Origin: Mobula hypostoma
Taxonomy: Eukaryota
Assembly (NCBI RefSeq): GCF_963921235.1
Contig: NC_086097.1
Location: 82,958,001 to 83,022,000 of the forward strand
DNA length: 64,000 bases
Direction: 5' to 3'
This document shows, piece by piece, positions 25,683 to 39,192 of the stretch. The translations under genes were made by a program, and so were the position numbers. The notes under the pieces are model-generated. The model saw only the letters and a list, made by a program, of their open reading frames with translations, was not told where the DNA came from and searched no databases. Every line of letters starts with the position of its first letter. Position 1 is the stretch's first letter.

Positions 25683-27240
25683 TATCACTGGGACCAGACG
25701 GGATGTACCCCAGGCTACTGTGGGAGGTCAGGGAGGAGATTGCTGAGCCTCTGGCAATGATTTTTGCATCATCAATGAGGATGGGAGAGGTTCTGGAGGA
25801 TTGGAGATTTGTGGATGTTGTTTCCTTATTCAAGAAAGGGAGTCGGGATAGCCCAGAAAATTATAGGCAAGTGAGTCTTACTTCAGTGGTTGGTAAGTTG
25901 ATGGAGAAGATCCTCAGAGGCAGGATTTATGAACATTTGGAGAGGCATAAAATGATCAGGAATAGTCAGCATGGTTTTGTGAAAGGCAAGTCGTGCTTTA
26001 CGAGCCTGACTGAATTTTTTGAGGATGTGACTAAGCACATTGATGAAGGTAGAGCCGTAGATGTAGTGTATATGAATTTTAGCAAGGCATTTGATAAGGT
26101 ACCCCATGCAAGGCTTATTGAGAAAGTAAGGAGGCATGCGATCCAAGGGGATATTGCTTTGTAGAACCAGAACTGGCTTGCCCACAGAAGGCAAAGAGTG
26201 GTTGCAGACGGGTCATATTCTGCATGGAGATTGGGTGACCAGTGGTGTGCCTCAGGGATCTGTTCTGGGACCTTTACTATTTGTAATTTTTATAAATGAC
26301 CTGGATGAGAAAGTGGAGGGATGGGTTAGTAAATTTACTGATGACACAAAGGTTGGTGGTGTTATGGATAGTGTAGAGGGCTGTCAGAGATTACAATGGG
26401 ACATTGATAGGATGCAAAACTGGGCTGAAAAGTGGCAGATGGAGTTCAACTCAGATAAGTGTGAGGTGGTTTATTTTGGTAGGTCAAATATGATGGCAGA
26501 ATATAGCATTAATGGTAAGATTCTTGGCAGTGTGGAGGATCAGAGGGATCTTGGGGTCCAAGTCCATAGGACACTAAAATCTGCTACGCAGATTGACTCT
26601 GTGGTTAAGAAAGTATACGGTGCATTGGCCTTTATCAATCATGGGATTGAGTTTAAGAGCCAAGAAGTAATGTTTCAGCTATATAGGACCCCGGTCAGAC
26701 CCTACTTGGAGTACTGGGCTCAATTCTGGTCATCTCAATACTGGAAGGATGTGGAAACCATAGAAAGGGTGTAGAGGAGATTTACAAGGATATTTCCTGG
26801 ATTGGGGAGCATGCCTTATGAGAATAGGTTGAGTGAACTTGGCCTTTTCTCCTTGGAGCAATAGAAGATGAGAAGTGACCTGATAGAGGTGTACAAGATA
26901 AAGAGAGGCATTGATCATGTGGATAGTCAGAGGCTTTTCCCCAGGGCTGAAATGGCTAGCATGAGAGGACACAGTTTTAAGGTGCTTGGAAGTAGGTACA
27001 GTGGAGTTGCTAGGGGTAAGTTTTTTACACAGAGAGTGGTGAGTGTGTGGAATGGTCTGCCAGCGGCGGTGGTGGAGGCGGACACGATAGGGTCTTTTAA
27101 GAGACTCCTGGATGGCTACATGGAGCTTAGAAAAATAGAGGGCTATGGGTAAAGCCTAGGTAGTTCTAAGGTAGGGACATGTTCGACATAGCTTTGTGGG
27201 CCGAGAGGCCTGTATTGTGCTTCAGGTTTTCTATGTTTTC
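25683..27240 (+). mobile_element. CR1 LINE 3' part (RT to tail)
   Basis: ORFs 25703-26164, 26136-26774 and 26868-27152 carry QHGFVKGKSC, FSKAFDKVPH, SGVPQGSVLGPLLF, SKFTDDTK and FFTQRVVSVWNGLP. TAAAT duplicated at 25678-25682 and 27241-27245. Confidence 0.93.
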
Positions 27241-28260
27241 TAAATGATGCAGTTAGCATCAATCTGGACTTCATATTAGAGCATTTCGACTCTCTGGGTA
27301 CATATGTCAGGGCTCTCTTTGCTGATTCCAGTTCTGTCTTCAACACCATTATCCCTGAAACTCTCCATATGTAATATGTCGGGTCCTATCTGCAGGTGGA
27401 TCACAAACTTCCTCTCTCTGACAGGAGGTAGTATATGAGGTGCGGCAAACACATGCCCACATCCTGCTCAGTCGGCAATGGTGCACCACAGGGGTGTTTT
27501 CTCTCCCCTCTCTTATTTTATCTGTACACCAATGACTGCATCTCCAGTGATCTATCGGTTAAACTGATAAAGTTTGCAGAATACACCACTATCGTTGGAC
27601 TAATCGCCAAAGGACACAAATCCTGGTACCACCAGGAAGTAAATAAGATAGTGTCCTGGTGCAATCACAGTAAGATGGAGCTGAATGCCCTCAAACATTG
27701 GAGATGTTATTGACTTCAGGAAAAGCATGTCTGGTCTCTACCAATTCATCATCAATAACTCTACAGTTAGCATCATCTCAATATTCAGGTTCCTGGGTAT
27801 CATAGCTTCACAGGATCTCATGTGACAGAACCATATCTCCTTCATTAACAAAAAGGCTCATCTGAGGATCTACTTCTTGCAGCAGTTGGTAAAATTGCTC
27901 TTCCCCAGAACATACTGGTGCAATTTTACACTGCCATCACAGAGAGCGTCCTCACATCAGCCACTGCTGTCTGGTTTGGTTCAGCGTCCTGTCACAATAT
28001 AGGAAAACTACAGCAAATCGTCAGGTCAGCAGTAAGAGTTGCAGTCTACCATCAATATTGGACTTGTATGTGTCCAGGAATATCACTGCAGACCCCACGC
28101 ACCCAGCAAACTGCTTCTCCCAAGGTTCCCTTTTGGAAAGTGCTGTAGGACCATTAAAACAAAAAGCTCGTGGTATTTATGATATTGATGCACGTTTTAT
28201 TTCATATCTGTACTTTATCTAACCTTTAACTTTATTTTATATAATTCTTTATTCTTTTTA

Positions 28261-28480
28261 GGCCAGCTGGTGGCGTAGTGGCATCAGCGCCGGACTTTGG
28301 AGCAAAGGTTCCCAAGTTCGAATCCAGCTGGCTCCCTTGCACACTTTCCATCTGTGCTGGGTTGAGCGTCGAGCTAGCAACTTGGCCTCGTAAAAATAAG
28401 AAAACCTGCTTAAAAATCGCCGTCATGACGGTGTCTTGATGACTCCACTTGGAGTTAAGACCTTTCTTCCTATTATTATT
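28261..28480 (+). mobile_element. tRNA-derived SINE (copy A)
   Basis: A-box TGGCGTAGTGG, B-box GTTCGAATCC, body CTGGGTTGAGCGTCGAGCTAGCAACTTGGCCTCGTAAAA. Possible TSD ATTCTTTATT at 28244-28253 and 28481-28490. Confidence 0.8.
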
Positions 28481-30102
28481 ATTCTTTATTATCATTGAAT
28501 GTTGTTGATATTTGTTGAATGTTGTGCCACTACACCAAAGCAAGTTCTAAATTATGTAAATGTATATTGAAAATAAAGTTGATCTTTGACCCTTGATTGG
28601 AATTATTTGGAGAAGTCAACATGTTATCTGGAGTAGAGTAGAAAGGAAGTATGTGAGAAATGTATCTATTTGGACAAAGGAACTTGTAGTAGTGATCCAG
28701 AAAGACAAATTGTCCATTTTTCTATCATTGGATTAGAGACAAATGCAAAATAAACATTAATTAAACAATTTAAGGTTAGATCCACATGAACAAAATGGAT
28801 TTGTGACTAACCAAATGTACTTTTTTTATTGCTGAATAGTAAAAGTTTAATCACAGGAGGCAAAAGGACAATAAAAATATTTCAACTTCTGGCTGAACGG
28901 AGGAAGATTGTTTGAAATATGTGTCACAAATGATTTTCACTGATGCAGTAAGAGATCACTATGTCTAAGGTATGAAGGAAGTCTCAGTACTGAAGAAATT
29001 ATCGGTTGGAGTCTACCGGATGTAAAAAGTAATACTTGGGGTGAAGACCTCTGTCAGGCATACCAAGGAGTCCATCCAGCTCCAGTTTGGATAAAGTCAC
29101 TCAACCACTGCAGTGAAAATAATAATCATCCTGACCCAAAGTTTCAGTGGGAACTGCATGAAATCAGGCAACTTAGTTAAAGTTGCTGAAAGCCAGGAGA
29201 TACTGCTGTGTTGGTGTGGGAATGTGAAAGGTCAGATTGTCACACTGAAAAGTATCAGCAGAAAAGAAAGAAAATATTCAGGGTCCTCTGCAAGAATTTT
29301 ACTGAGCCTCCTTACCTGGATAGAGAGTATTATGTGTCACTCTTAATTGGACCATGATGTTATCAAAACTACCATAAATAGATCTGGAAAATGACCATGT
29401 AACAAGAATAAAGTTTGTTTAAATGTTTTTTTAAAATTTCTGGACAACTATTCTTAACTCTTGCAAATTACAAAGGTTCTAGAAAAATACAAAAATCAGG
29501 TGAAAATTTTATCGGTAAATAAAAATCAAGAGCCAAAGTCTGCAGCAGAGGCTAGTTTCAAAGCCTGGATTGAACTATTCCAGTAGGAAGAAGGTCAGAC
29601 CAGCAGATTTCTGCACGTTTTCATGGAGTAATGGGGATCCTTTTCCAGTTCAACAAGGGTATCCAGATGCAGCTTAACGTAAAAGAGGAGGTGAAGACCC
29701 AAAACATATACAATGTTCAAAATGTCAGGAGCTCTCGGGTTGCTTGTTGAGCTTCTGGGGTTCTCAAGCACCTGTATTTACTAATTGCAATCTTAACTAG
29801 AGCCATTACGTCCTTGTGCTTTGGGTTTAATCTTGTCAAGTTAATTGGCATGGCTTTTCCCCACATTCTATAGTTATTGAAGGAGGACTCTCAATTAGTG
29901 CCTTAATGGAGTCATTGTGTTGGAGAGAATGATTTGTCCTGTGGTGTCGCTCAGTCATTCCTCCAAGGCTCTATTGGTATTCCGAAGTCTATCCTCTTGT
30001 TTCCATCTCTTTGTTGGGGAATCTGCCGTCTTCTGCTCCTGGGGTTGAGTCATTGTCAACGCTTCCTGTGACTGGGGCAGCCTTCCACAGCATCTGGGTT
30101 GG

Positions 30103-30445
30103 AAACATAGAAAACCTGCAGCACAATTCAGGCCCTTTGGCCCACAATGCTGTGCCAAACACATACTTATTTTAGAAATTACCCTGGGTTACCCACAGCC
30201 CTCTATTTTGCTAAGCTCCATGTACCTATCCAGGAGTCTCTTAAAAGACCCTATTGTATCCGCCTCCACCACTGTTGCCAGCAGCCGGTTCCACTCGCTC
30301 ATCACTCTCTGCGTGAAAAAACTTACTCCTGACATCTCCTCTGTACCTGCTTCCAAGCACCTTAAAACTGTGCCCTCTTGTGATAGCCATTTCAGCCCTG
30401 AGAAAAAGCCTCTGACTATCCACACGATCAATGCCTCTCATCATC
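30103..30445 (-). mobile_element. CR1 3' end
   Basis: MRGIDRVDSQRLF, FFTQRVMSEWNRL, TIGSFKRLLDRYMELSKIEG and a CR1 tail; same subfamily as 25683-27240. Confidence 0.9.
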
Positions 30446-31964
30446 TGATATGGTGGATGTATAAGTTGAGTCGGTGTCAGCAACAGCTGTGACAGAGGGA
30501 GTCTGATGTTCCTCTGCACTTGGGTCCAGTCCCGTGAGCACGTATAGTGACACAAACAAGAAGGCCATAAGTTGAATTTTCGTCTATGTAGCAGTGAGAA
30601 CATTATTGAGAAAGGTGATCACAGCTGATGGCTAAGCCTTAATGTGGCTGAGAAATAGCTTGAACAGAACTGTTCAGGATAAGTTGCTGAACCAAGACTA
30701 GCATCAAAGGAATCTAGTGATGATCTAGTACATGATCTCAGAGACAAACTGTGAATATTCCTCATTCCAAGAGCCAGGAAGCTGTGATAAGGATTATCTT
30801 TTTTTAATTTTGTAACTGTAAGACATAGCAAATGAATTATTTCCTTATTGTTTCTTAGTGGTTTATTGAGCTCACCTTCTGGATGATTCAAAAAAAAAGT
30901 GACATTTCTGAATTGCATTACTCGGGGGTAAATGTCAGAAAGCATAGTTTCTGTTGACGGTTTCTGATCTGAGCATTACATGGCCCACCAGCTGAAGTAA
31001 CACATTGCAGCAACACTTTGGTTACATTTTGTTATTCTTAATGAGATACATTTTGGAAGTAAACCAACTTATGTGGAAAAACACCTTAACCAAGTATAAC
31101 ATTGTCCCTAATCTGGAATTGACTTAGTATTCAGTATTATGTTCAGTATTTCGTTGTATGACAAACCTAAATGTTGGGGAAAAGGCAGTCAAAGAGCATG
31201 AGCCATATGATGAAGCCATTGCATTCACTTCTTATAATTATGGTGGGGTGACTGAAAATCAGCTATATCTGAAACCAACGTGACCCAGCGAGACATCTTC
31301 AAAACAATAGGTTCAGTGAACCATCAGGAATCAAGTATTGCACATTATATCAGGGAAAGGGATGGTGATTTACCACCAGCAGAACTGTAATACTTAATTA
31401 CTAGAAGATCATGAAGAATCTGAATTACATACACTTCATCCAGTCCATATAGAAACTGAGCAAGTTTTTTTAATGAGATTCAAATTCTGAGAGCTTCTGT
31501 GAGGTGTGCTCTAATAGGAATAGGCTACTTACAGAGTGCAGAGACCTCCATGACTGTACTTCTCTTATACAGTACATGACAATATTAATGGTTGACCACA
31601 TTTTGGCAATGTACTGTGGTATATGGTTATCTGCAATCTCATTTCTGTTACAGGCCATGAAGAATGCAGCTTGACTTGCACTAATATTATTTGTCCACCC
31701 TGTAAACGTTCACAAGCACATTTTACGAAGACATTCATTTTCATTGATGCAACAACAAAATTGTGCTGACAAGATTTATGATGTTTTAGCACAAAGTAAT
31801 TTCTAAATTATAAAATACATTTGAAATGCTGGCACTTTTCCACAAGGTGGAAAACTACCCTCGTATACACTGTGTGAGAAAAACAGGACAACTCCTACTT
31901 GGTCATAACCACCCCATGAGTCTTTTTTCCCATATGGTGGCCACATGGAAAAAGCACCAACAGC

Positions 31965-32175
31965 AAATTTCCTTCCGTGTCACACACTGCCCTGACTTGG
32001 AAATATATCACTGATCTGTCACCATCATTGGGTCCAAGCACAAAGAGTCCTGACTCAATTGCACAGTGAGAGCACCTTTCCCATAAGCTATTCAAGATGA
32101 CATCCACCACCACCTTCTCAAGGACAATGAGGACAAGGGCAAAAGTGTCCACCTCTCCTGCATCCTATGAAAGGA
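31965..32175 (+). mobile_element. Old CR1/L2-type LINE 3' end
   Basis: CACACACTGCCCTGACTTGGAAATATATC..CACCACCACCTTCTCAAGG resembles an old chondrichthyan LINE 3' terminus (recognised from memory). Confidence 0.5.
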
Positions 32176-32349
32176 CAAAATAATATCAAATCAACCATTA
32201 GTTCAGCTGTAATGGCAACTGAAGAAAAAGTTTTCTCTATTGTTTAAAGTTTTTCAGACCTGATTTTATTGCAGTTAAACAGAGAAGGCACAAGTGGTGG
32301 AGCTCCTGCATTCCACTTCCAAAAATGCTATTCAATGCTGAGCTGTGGT

Positions 32350-32615
32350 ACCACCAGAGTGGTCTACCATTCTCCCTGTGACTACCTGAGTTTCCTTTCG
32401 GTGCTCTGGTTTCTCCCCACATCTGAAAGATATGTGGTAAGTAGAATAATTGTCCACTTTAAATTGCTCCTCCTGTATAAGTGAAGAGGAGAATCTGATA
32501 GGACTGTGAGGATTAATAAAGAAGTATTGATGGAGAAGAATTGTAAATGTGTGTTTAATGGTTCAACGCATTAGGCTGAAGGGATTGTTTCTGTGTTGTG
32601 TGACTCCGAGTTTCT
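32350..32615 (+). mobile_element. V-SINE remnant
   Basis: GAGTTTCCTTTCGGTGCTCTGGTTTCTCCCCACATCTGAAAGA..TAAATTGCTCC, with a CR1-like tail GGCTGAAGGGATTGTTTCTGTGTTGT. Confidence 0.65.
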
Positions 32616-33647
32616 ATATATTGCCTTGAATTGATTAATAACCAACAACTGAGTCAACTTAATGGAAAACGATTGCTGATCAAGTTCAGCATAAACGATT
32701 AAGATCATCAAATTCATTAGCCAAAAATCCAACCTGTTGCCCTTCTGTGAACCGATGGTTTTTTCTTTTCACTAAATATGAAAGTAGTTAGAATTTTGGA
32801 TCATTTTGTTTTAAAAAATACTGATTTCATCAGTAAGAAGTGATGGAGTTTATCTCACACACAAAATGCTGGAGGAACAAGAAGAGTTATTATCTGTATT
32901 GTTCCTTTTTGATTTGCACCAATTTAATATTTGATGAAACCCTGACTAAGTTCTTTAGGGATTACCCCAACAGGCTATCCTAGCAGGTGCTTATTGAGTC
33001 CAGATGGCAGAAGCTGCCACATTTTGTCCCCTCAACACAACATAAATATAACAACAGATGCTCTATGAAAGGCCGATTGTCTTTTCACTAATAATGTCAG
33101 GTTTCCTTTGTTGTTATAGTCTGACCAGCAGACTAAACTCCTATTTTCAGTTGCCACAATCATCCGAGCCAGCTGCTGTTTCAGTTAGTCTCCATATACC
33201 CTGCAGTTCCATCATTGAGTTTTACAGTTCTTGTAGAACAGCCCGAGGTCTTTCATTCATTCTGATATTTGTTCCTGATAAAAGTTATTTCCAAAAAGCA
33301 GTTGTTACTTTCCAGCAATCAGATGTGTTCAATTTTTTTCCTTAGAGATTTACACCTTTCTCTGGATACACATCTGTTTCCAATTACTAATTAAAGGAAA
33401 AGCAAAAATGACCCGATTGAAGTATACTTCATGAACCCCTTTGCAGTTGTGGAACGTGAACATGTGTTCTATGTGATGGGTTCCGAATGGGTTTATATAG
33501 CTTTCCATAAATCCATCCTGGCTCTTCGAGAGGCGCATTACTTTTGACTTGTCTGAAGTGGTAGCCCAGTCCTTGCTTTGTTGAATGAAATAATCGGTTT
33601 TCCCATCCATTCTGCGATTGTTTCAGCATATGACTTAGCCTTAGAAC

Positions 33648-35543
33648 CATAGTTCCCTCTAAGCTGTGCATGTGTGTGCGTGCACACACGTTTTTCAACC
33701 AGCGCACAAAGGAAATTAACGTGCGCACAAAAGGTTAATTACCTAAAATAATGTAGTGGTTAATAATTATACCTATTGAAAATAATCTTTTAGCTAACTG
33801 TTTCTGTTAACTAGTTAGTCAGTTTTTCAAATACCACAATGCAGGTCACTAATTTACGTCACCTCACCTATCCTGTTCTGGTTTATACAGCTGCATCACG
33901 GCGGCAGCCAAGTTTGGCGGACAGTGTTCATATCGTAAAGTTTACAAAGATCTGTTTCAAATCCTGTAGATAACTTACTTTTTACTGGAAAAAATATTGA
34001 TTCACTATGTCGAATTCAAAAGAAGTGAAGGGCGTGAAGTGCAAAGGAACTGCAAATTTGTTTAAAGTTGAAAGGCTTAACAAAATAGTAGGAACCGTTA
34101 CACCTAAAGCTCATGAGGTCATGAACGTTCAGCTATGAGAAATATTTATGTATGATTCAGAAACTGGAGTTATCTGTTTGTATTGTCGAGATGCAAAAGT
34201 TGCTGGGGAAATTGCTAGTGGAAAGAAGTGGGATGATATTTGGAAACTTGACTTTTTGAAGCGTCATTTGGCAAGTAAATCACATTTGGATGGTGTGCAA
34301 AAGCTCAGGAAACAGAACCCGTCATTACCCGTTACAGGAGTGCTACGCATGTTACGGTTGAGTGCAGATGAGCGAGAGCGAAAACAATCAAACTCAGAGG
34401 AGATCAAAGTTGAGGTGAAGAATGGTCAGCTTTTGATTTCTCCGCAATTGCGGATTGTGACTTCGCATTTGGCGATGAACAAGTTAATGCCTTATGTCTA
34501 AAATATCATGATTTTCTAGTTGAAAATATTGTAATAGTTAGACAGTTTAATGATTTCAAATTTTCTGTGCAAGAAAAAAATAAATCCAAACCGATTTCAA
34601 ACTTTTCTCAAATGGTGGCATTTGTACTTCAAATTGAACAGTTTTGCAACTTTGCACAGTTGATGGACATTGGGGGAACCTTTCTTGCGTCTAGTGTGGA
34701 CTGTGAACAAGGTTTTAGCCTAATGACTCAACTCAAAAACAAGCTGGAAACCGTTTCGGTGAAAGTCATTTGGATATGTTAATGAGAATCAAAAGCTATC
34801 AATGCGATGGAAGTTCTATTAGTCGAGATAGAGTTTACAAAGAATGGGTAAATGCCAAAGACAAGAGAGAAAAAATAGCTAAGTGACTTAAATATGATAA
34901 AAATTAAATATCTCCAACCTGATGGCATGAACATTGACTTCTCTAACTTCTGTTAATGCCCCTCCTCCCCTTCGTACCCCATCCCTTATTTATTTATTTA
35001 TTATTATCATTTTTTTTTTTCTTTCCCCTTTTTTCTCCCTCTGTCCCTCTCACTATACTCCTTACCCATCCTCTGGGCTTCCCCTCCCCCTCCTTCTTGC
35101 CAGCCCTCCCATCCCATAATCCTCTCCCTTCTCCAGCCTTGTATCCCTTTTGCCAATCAACTGTCCCGCTCTTAGCTCCATCCCTCCCTCTCCTGTCTTC
35201 TCCCATCATTTCAGATCTCCCCCTCCCCCTCTACCTTTCAAATCTCTTACTATCTCTTCTTTCAGTTAGTCCTGACGAAGGGTCTTGGCCCAAAACTTCG
35301 ACTGTACCTCTTCCTATAGATGCTGCCTGGCCTGCTGTGTTCACCAGCATTTTTTTGTGTGTGAATTAAATATGTATGTTATTTTGTTGTTACTCTGTGC
35401 AGTTTTATGTCAAATATTTTGTAAACCTACATAAACTGTCTCATGCGTGCATTCAGTGAGCACATACTTTTGTCACAGGAAAAAAATTTGCACAACATAA
35501 GATTTTTGCGCACACTGACTATTAAAAATTAGAGGGAACATTG
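33648..35543 (+). mobile_element. hAT DNA transposon (ZNF862/Tip100-like), internally deleted
   Basis: TIRs CATAGTTCCCTCTAA and TTAGAGGGAACATTG. 8-bp TSD CTTAGAAC (33640-33647) / CTTAGAAT (35544-35551). N-terminal YDSETGVICLYC..WKLDFLKRHLASKSH and C-terminal dimerisation-like FLASSVDCEQGFSLMTQLKNKL. Confidence 0.88.
34912..35363 (+). mobile_element. PLE 3' fragment with pLTR (mutated hammerhead at 35268-35303), nested in hAT
   Basis: CTCCAACCTGATGGCATGAACATTGACTTCTC (PLE C-terminus), a pyrimidine tract, then AGTCCTGACGAAGGGTCTTGGCCCAAAACTTCGACT. TSD AATTAAATAT at 34902-34911 and 35364-35373. Confidence 0.88.
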
Positions 35544-35580
35544 CTTAGAATTACTCTATTTATTACATAAACATAAAATA

Positions 35581-37300
35581 CGAGGGGTGATTGATAAGTT
35601 CATGGCCTAAGGTAGAAGGAGTCAATTTTAGAAAACCTAGCACATTTATTTTTCAACATAGTCCCCTCCTACATTTACACACTTAGTCTAGCTGTTGTGG
35701 AGCATACGAATCTTGGACCTCCAGAAAGTGTCCACAGCAGGGGTGATTGATAAGTTTGTGGCCTAAGGTAGAAGCAGACGAGTTATACAGCTCTCGTTAC
35801 ATGCACATGCAGTTCAACTCTGAGTGATTATGCGGGAAATTTGAAGTTAATAACTCATCAGGCATGATTGATAAGTTCGTGGCCTAAGGTAGAAAGAGAT
35901 GAGTTATTAACAGACAACCTACAGCACAATACAGGCACTTCGGCCCACAAAGTTGTGCCGAACATGTCCCTACCCTAGAAAATATTAGGCTTACCTATAG
36001 CCCTCTATTTTCCTAAGCTCCATGTACCTATCCAAAAGTCTCTTAAAAGACCCTATCATATCCGCTTCCACCACCTTTGCCGGCAGCCCATTCCACGCAC
36101 TCACCGCTCTCTGAGTAAAAAAAACACCCTTGACATCTCCTCTGTACCTACTCCCCAGCACCTTAATCCAGTGTCCTCTTGTGGCAACCATTTTAGCCCT
36201 GGGAAAAAGCCTCTGATTATCCACACAATCCATGCCTCTCAACATCTTATACACCTCTATCAGGTCACCTCTCATCCTCCGTCGTTCCAAGGAGAAAAGG
36301 CTGAGTTCATTCAACCTATCCTCATAAGACATGCTCCCCAATCCAGGCAACATCCTTGTAAATCTCCTATACACCCTTTCTATGGTTTCCACATCCTTCC
36401 TGTAGTGAGGCAACCAAAACTGAGCACAGTACTCCAAGAGGGGTCTGACCAGGGTCCTATATAGCTGCAACATTACCTCTCGGCTCCTAAATTCAATTCC
36501 ACGATTGATGAAGGCCAATACACCATATGCCTTCGTAACCACAGAGTCAATCTGCGCAGCTGCTTTGAGTGTCCTACGGACTCAAACCCCAAGATCCCTC
36601 TGATCCTCCACACTGCCAAGAGTCTTACCATTAATACTATATTATGCCATCATATTTGACCTACCAAAATGAACCACTTCACACTTATCTGGGTTGAACT
36701 CCATCTGCCACTTCTCAGCCCAGTTTTACATCCTATCAACGTCCTGCTGTAACCTCTGACAGCCCTCCACACTATCCACAACACCTCCAACCTTTGTGTC
36801 ATCAGCAAACTTACTAACCTATCCCTCCACTTCCTCATCCAGGTCATTTATAAAAATCACGAAGAGTTAGGGTCCCAGAACAGATCCCTGAGGCTCTCCA
36901 CTAATGACTGACCTCCATGTTGAATATGACCCATCTACAACCACTCTTTCCCTTCTGTGGGCAAGCCAGTTCTTGATCCACAAAGCAATGTCCCATTGGA
37001 TCCCATGCCTCCTTACTTTCTCGATAAGTTATTAACTTCAAACTTTCTGCATAATCACTCAAAGAGTTGAACTGCAAGTGCATGTAACGAGAGCTGTATA
37101 ACTCATCTCCTTCTACCTTAGGCCACGAACTTATCAATCACCCCTGCTGTGGACACTTTCCGGTCCAAGATCCATATGCTCCACGAACGCTGGACTAAGT
37201 GTGTAAATGTAGGAGGGGACTATGTTGAAAAATAAGTGTGCTAGGTTTTCTAAAATTGACTCCTTCTACCTTAGGCCACAAACTTATCAATCACCCCTCG
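35581..37300. mobile_element. Mariner-derived foldback MITE (copy 2), TA TSD, interrupted by CR1
   Basis: Ends TA|CGAGGGGTGATTGATAAGTT and AACTTATCAATCACCCCTCG|TA. The arms 35581-~35860 and ~37027-37300 are near reverse complements. Confidence 0.92.
35912..37026 (-). mobile_element. CR1 3' part inserted into the MITE
   Basis: ORF 35991-36542 (LYRTLVRPLLEYCAQFW..MRGDLIEVYK..FFTQRAVSAWNGLP). TSD AGTTATTAAC at 35902-35911 and 37027-37036. Confidence 0.93.
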
Positions 37301-38219
37301 TAAAACAATTTCTAAGACAGGTATTTTCAAGCTGTTTAAAGTGTTTAACTTGGGCACTTCAAATCTAATTCACCGTGCAGCTTATGTATATGAACTTTTT
37401 AATTCAAGACCCCTTTAGCCTTGTCTCTTTTGTTTATGAAGCAGTTTCTTCTTCTTCCATTAAGACTTTCCGGCCACAGTCACTGACCACTGCCGTTTCA
37501 CATCTAACGAGAAGCATAAGGAAACTGTGTTCAAATAAAAGAAGTCATGAAAAGCACAGAACTGAAAAAAAATGACATTCAGGTGCGTCGAGACCTGCCT
37601 TTTGCTGGTCCAAAGGGTCGTGGCACGTCCACTCTCCGCTACTACACCTCCACCTGTTACCTCACACACCAGATCAGAGCTTGTCAGATTCTATAAATCT
37701 GACTGCAGTATCGAGGTTGCCAAGTGAATTCTAATCTCCTTCAATTGATTTTGAAGAAGTTTGAAATCTATGTTTGTGTTTATTTAGATTGTAATCAACA
37801 AGAGTTAATGCAAATATTAAAACATCTTTTAAACAATTGCAGCTTTAAATAGCCCACAAAAGAAGTTTGTGGAGTGTACTCTTGGCTCAAGCTTTACTTG
37901 TTCCTGACTGATTAAAGAATACTCCCTGGTGTGAGTACAGGAACTGGTTTCTATCCACCGGTGGAATTAGCCAGTTTTGCAAGTAAAAATCAGGGTTGCC
38001 TTCTTTGTGAGGTCTATTCAATTTAAGTAAGTAATTTTAGACTCCTCAGATTTATGATTTCATTACAGTATGCAGCTGTGCAATGCAGGACAGCACATCA
38101 GCTAATTTGTGCTCGTGAGGATGGGTAAGTGGTTGGGTGGTGAGGGAGGGGCGGCGTATCAGGGCTTGGGTATTTTGCTGTGTCTGTTTGTACATTGGAC
38201 TACTTATGATTTGTGTTAC

Positions 38220-38655
38220 AGGCTTCACAAGTTGGGTCTTTATTCTTTGGAACGTAGAAGGTTGAGGGGGGACTTGATAGAGGTATTTAAAATTATGAGG
38301 GGGATAGATAGAGTTGACGTGGATAGGCTTTTTCCATTGAGAGTGGGGGAGATTCAAACAAGAGGACATGAGTTGAGAGTTAAAGGGCAAAAGTTTAGGG
38401 GTAACATGAGGGGGAACTTCTTTACTCAGAGAGTGGTAGCTGTGTGGAACGAGCTTCCAGCAGAAGTGGTTGAGGCAGGTTTGATGTTGTCATTTAAAGT
38501 TAAATTGGATAGCTATATGGACAGGAAAGGAATGGAGGGTTATGGGCTGAGTGCAGGTCGGTGGGACTAGGTGAGAGTAAGAGTTCGGCACGGACTAGAA
38601 GGGCTGAGATGGCCTGTTTCTGTGCTATAATTGTTGTATGGTTATATGGTTATGT
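38220..38655 (+). mobile_element. CR1 3' end with (GGTTATAT)n-type tail
   Basis: LGLYSLERRRLRGDLIEVFKIMRGIDRVD..TRGH..FFTQRVVAVWNELP; tail GTATGGTTATATGGTTATG. Confidence 0.92.
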
Positions 38656-38719
38656 TAACGTCCCATTCTTACAAAAGTATAACTCAAAAAATTAGAGCAC
38701 ACCACTTAACAGGGAAATA

Positions 38720-39160
38720 GGTGGATTAGTTTATTATCATCGGGTGTACTGAAGGACTGTGAAAGCATGGGTTTTGCATATTTCATTACAACATTGCTAC
38801 CAGGGAAAACAATGCCAGAATGCGGAATAAAGTATTACAGTTAGAGAGAAAGTCAGCACAGGCAGATAACAAGGTGCAAGGCTGTTGCAAGCTCAGAGGT
38901 GAGGTGTTATATAGGAGCTAGTCTTAGAACAGTGGCGTAGAAGCTGCCCTTGAGCCTGGTGCCATAGGTTTTCAAGCTTTTGTATTTTCTGCCCCATTGG
39001 GAGGGGGAGAATAAAGCATGCCCCAGGTGGCGGAGTCTTGGATTCTCCTGGCTGTTGTACCAAGGTAATGAAGTGTAGACAGGGTTCCTGGAGGGGAAGC
39101 TGGCTTTCATGAAGCACTGAGCTTTCGTTAGTAAAGTGAAACATGAAGAGGGATATTGAT
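38720..39160 (-). mobile_element. Rex1-like LINE 3' end, degenerate
   Basis: HLGHALFSPSQWGRKYKSLKTYGTRLKGSFYATVLRL (ORF 38907-39257); TTTATTATC at ~38730. Confidence 0.7.
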
Positions 39161-39192
39161 AGTGGAGAAGAATGTACTGGATTTCTCCTCTT

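Larger units (their letters stand above)
25560..28595 (+). mobile_element. Older Rex1/Babar-like LINE fragment interrupted by CR1 and a tRNA-SINE
   Basis: MKSFERLV..LQFA, FADSSSVFNTI, GAPQGCFLSPLLFYLYTNDC..IKFAEYTTIVGLI and FYTAITESVLT motifs. 3' end AATAAAGTTGATCTTTGACCCTTGA at ~28571-28596. Confidence 0.8.

Noticed and set aside
28261..28335. tRNA gene
   Set aside because: A/B boxes are present, but the sequence continues into a SINE body and tail and a second copy has a TSD; it is a SINE head.
33350..33640. Minus-strand ORFs including EEPGWIYGKL (SH3-like)
   Set aside because: The ALYDY and GxxP motifs of SH3 are absent and there are no convincing splice sites.
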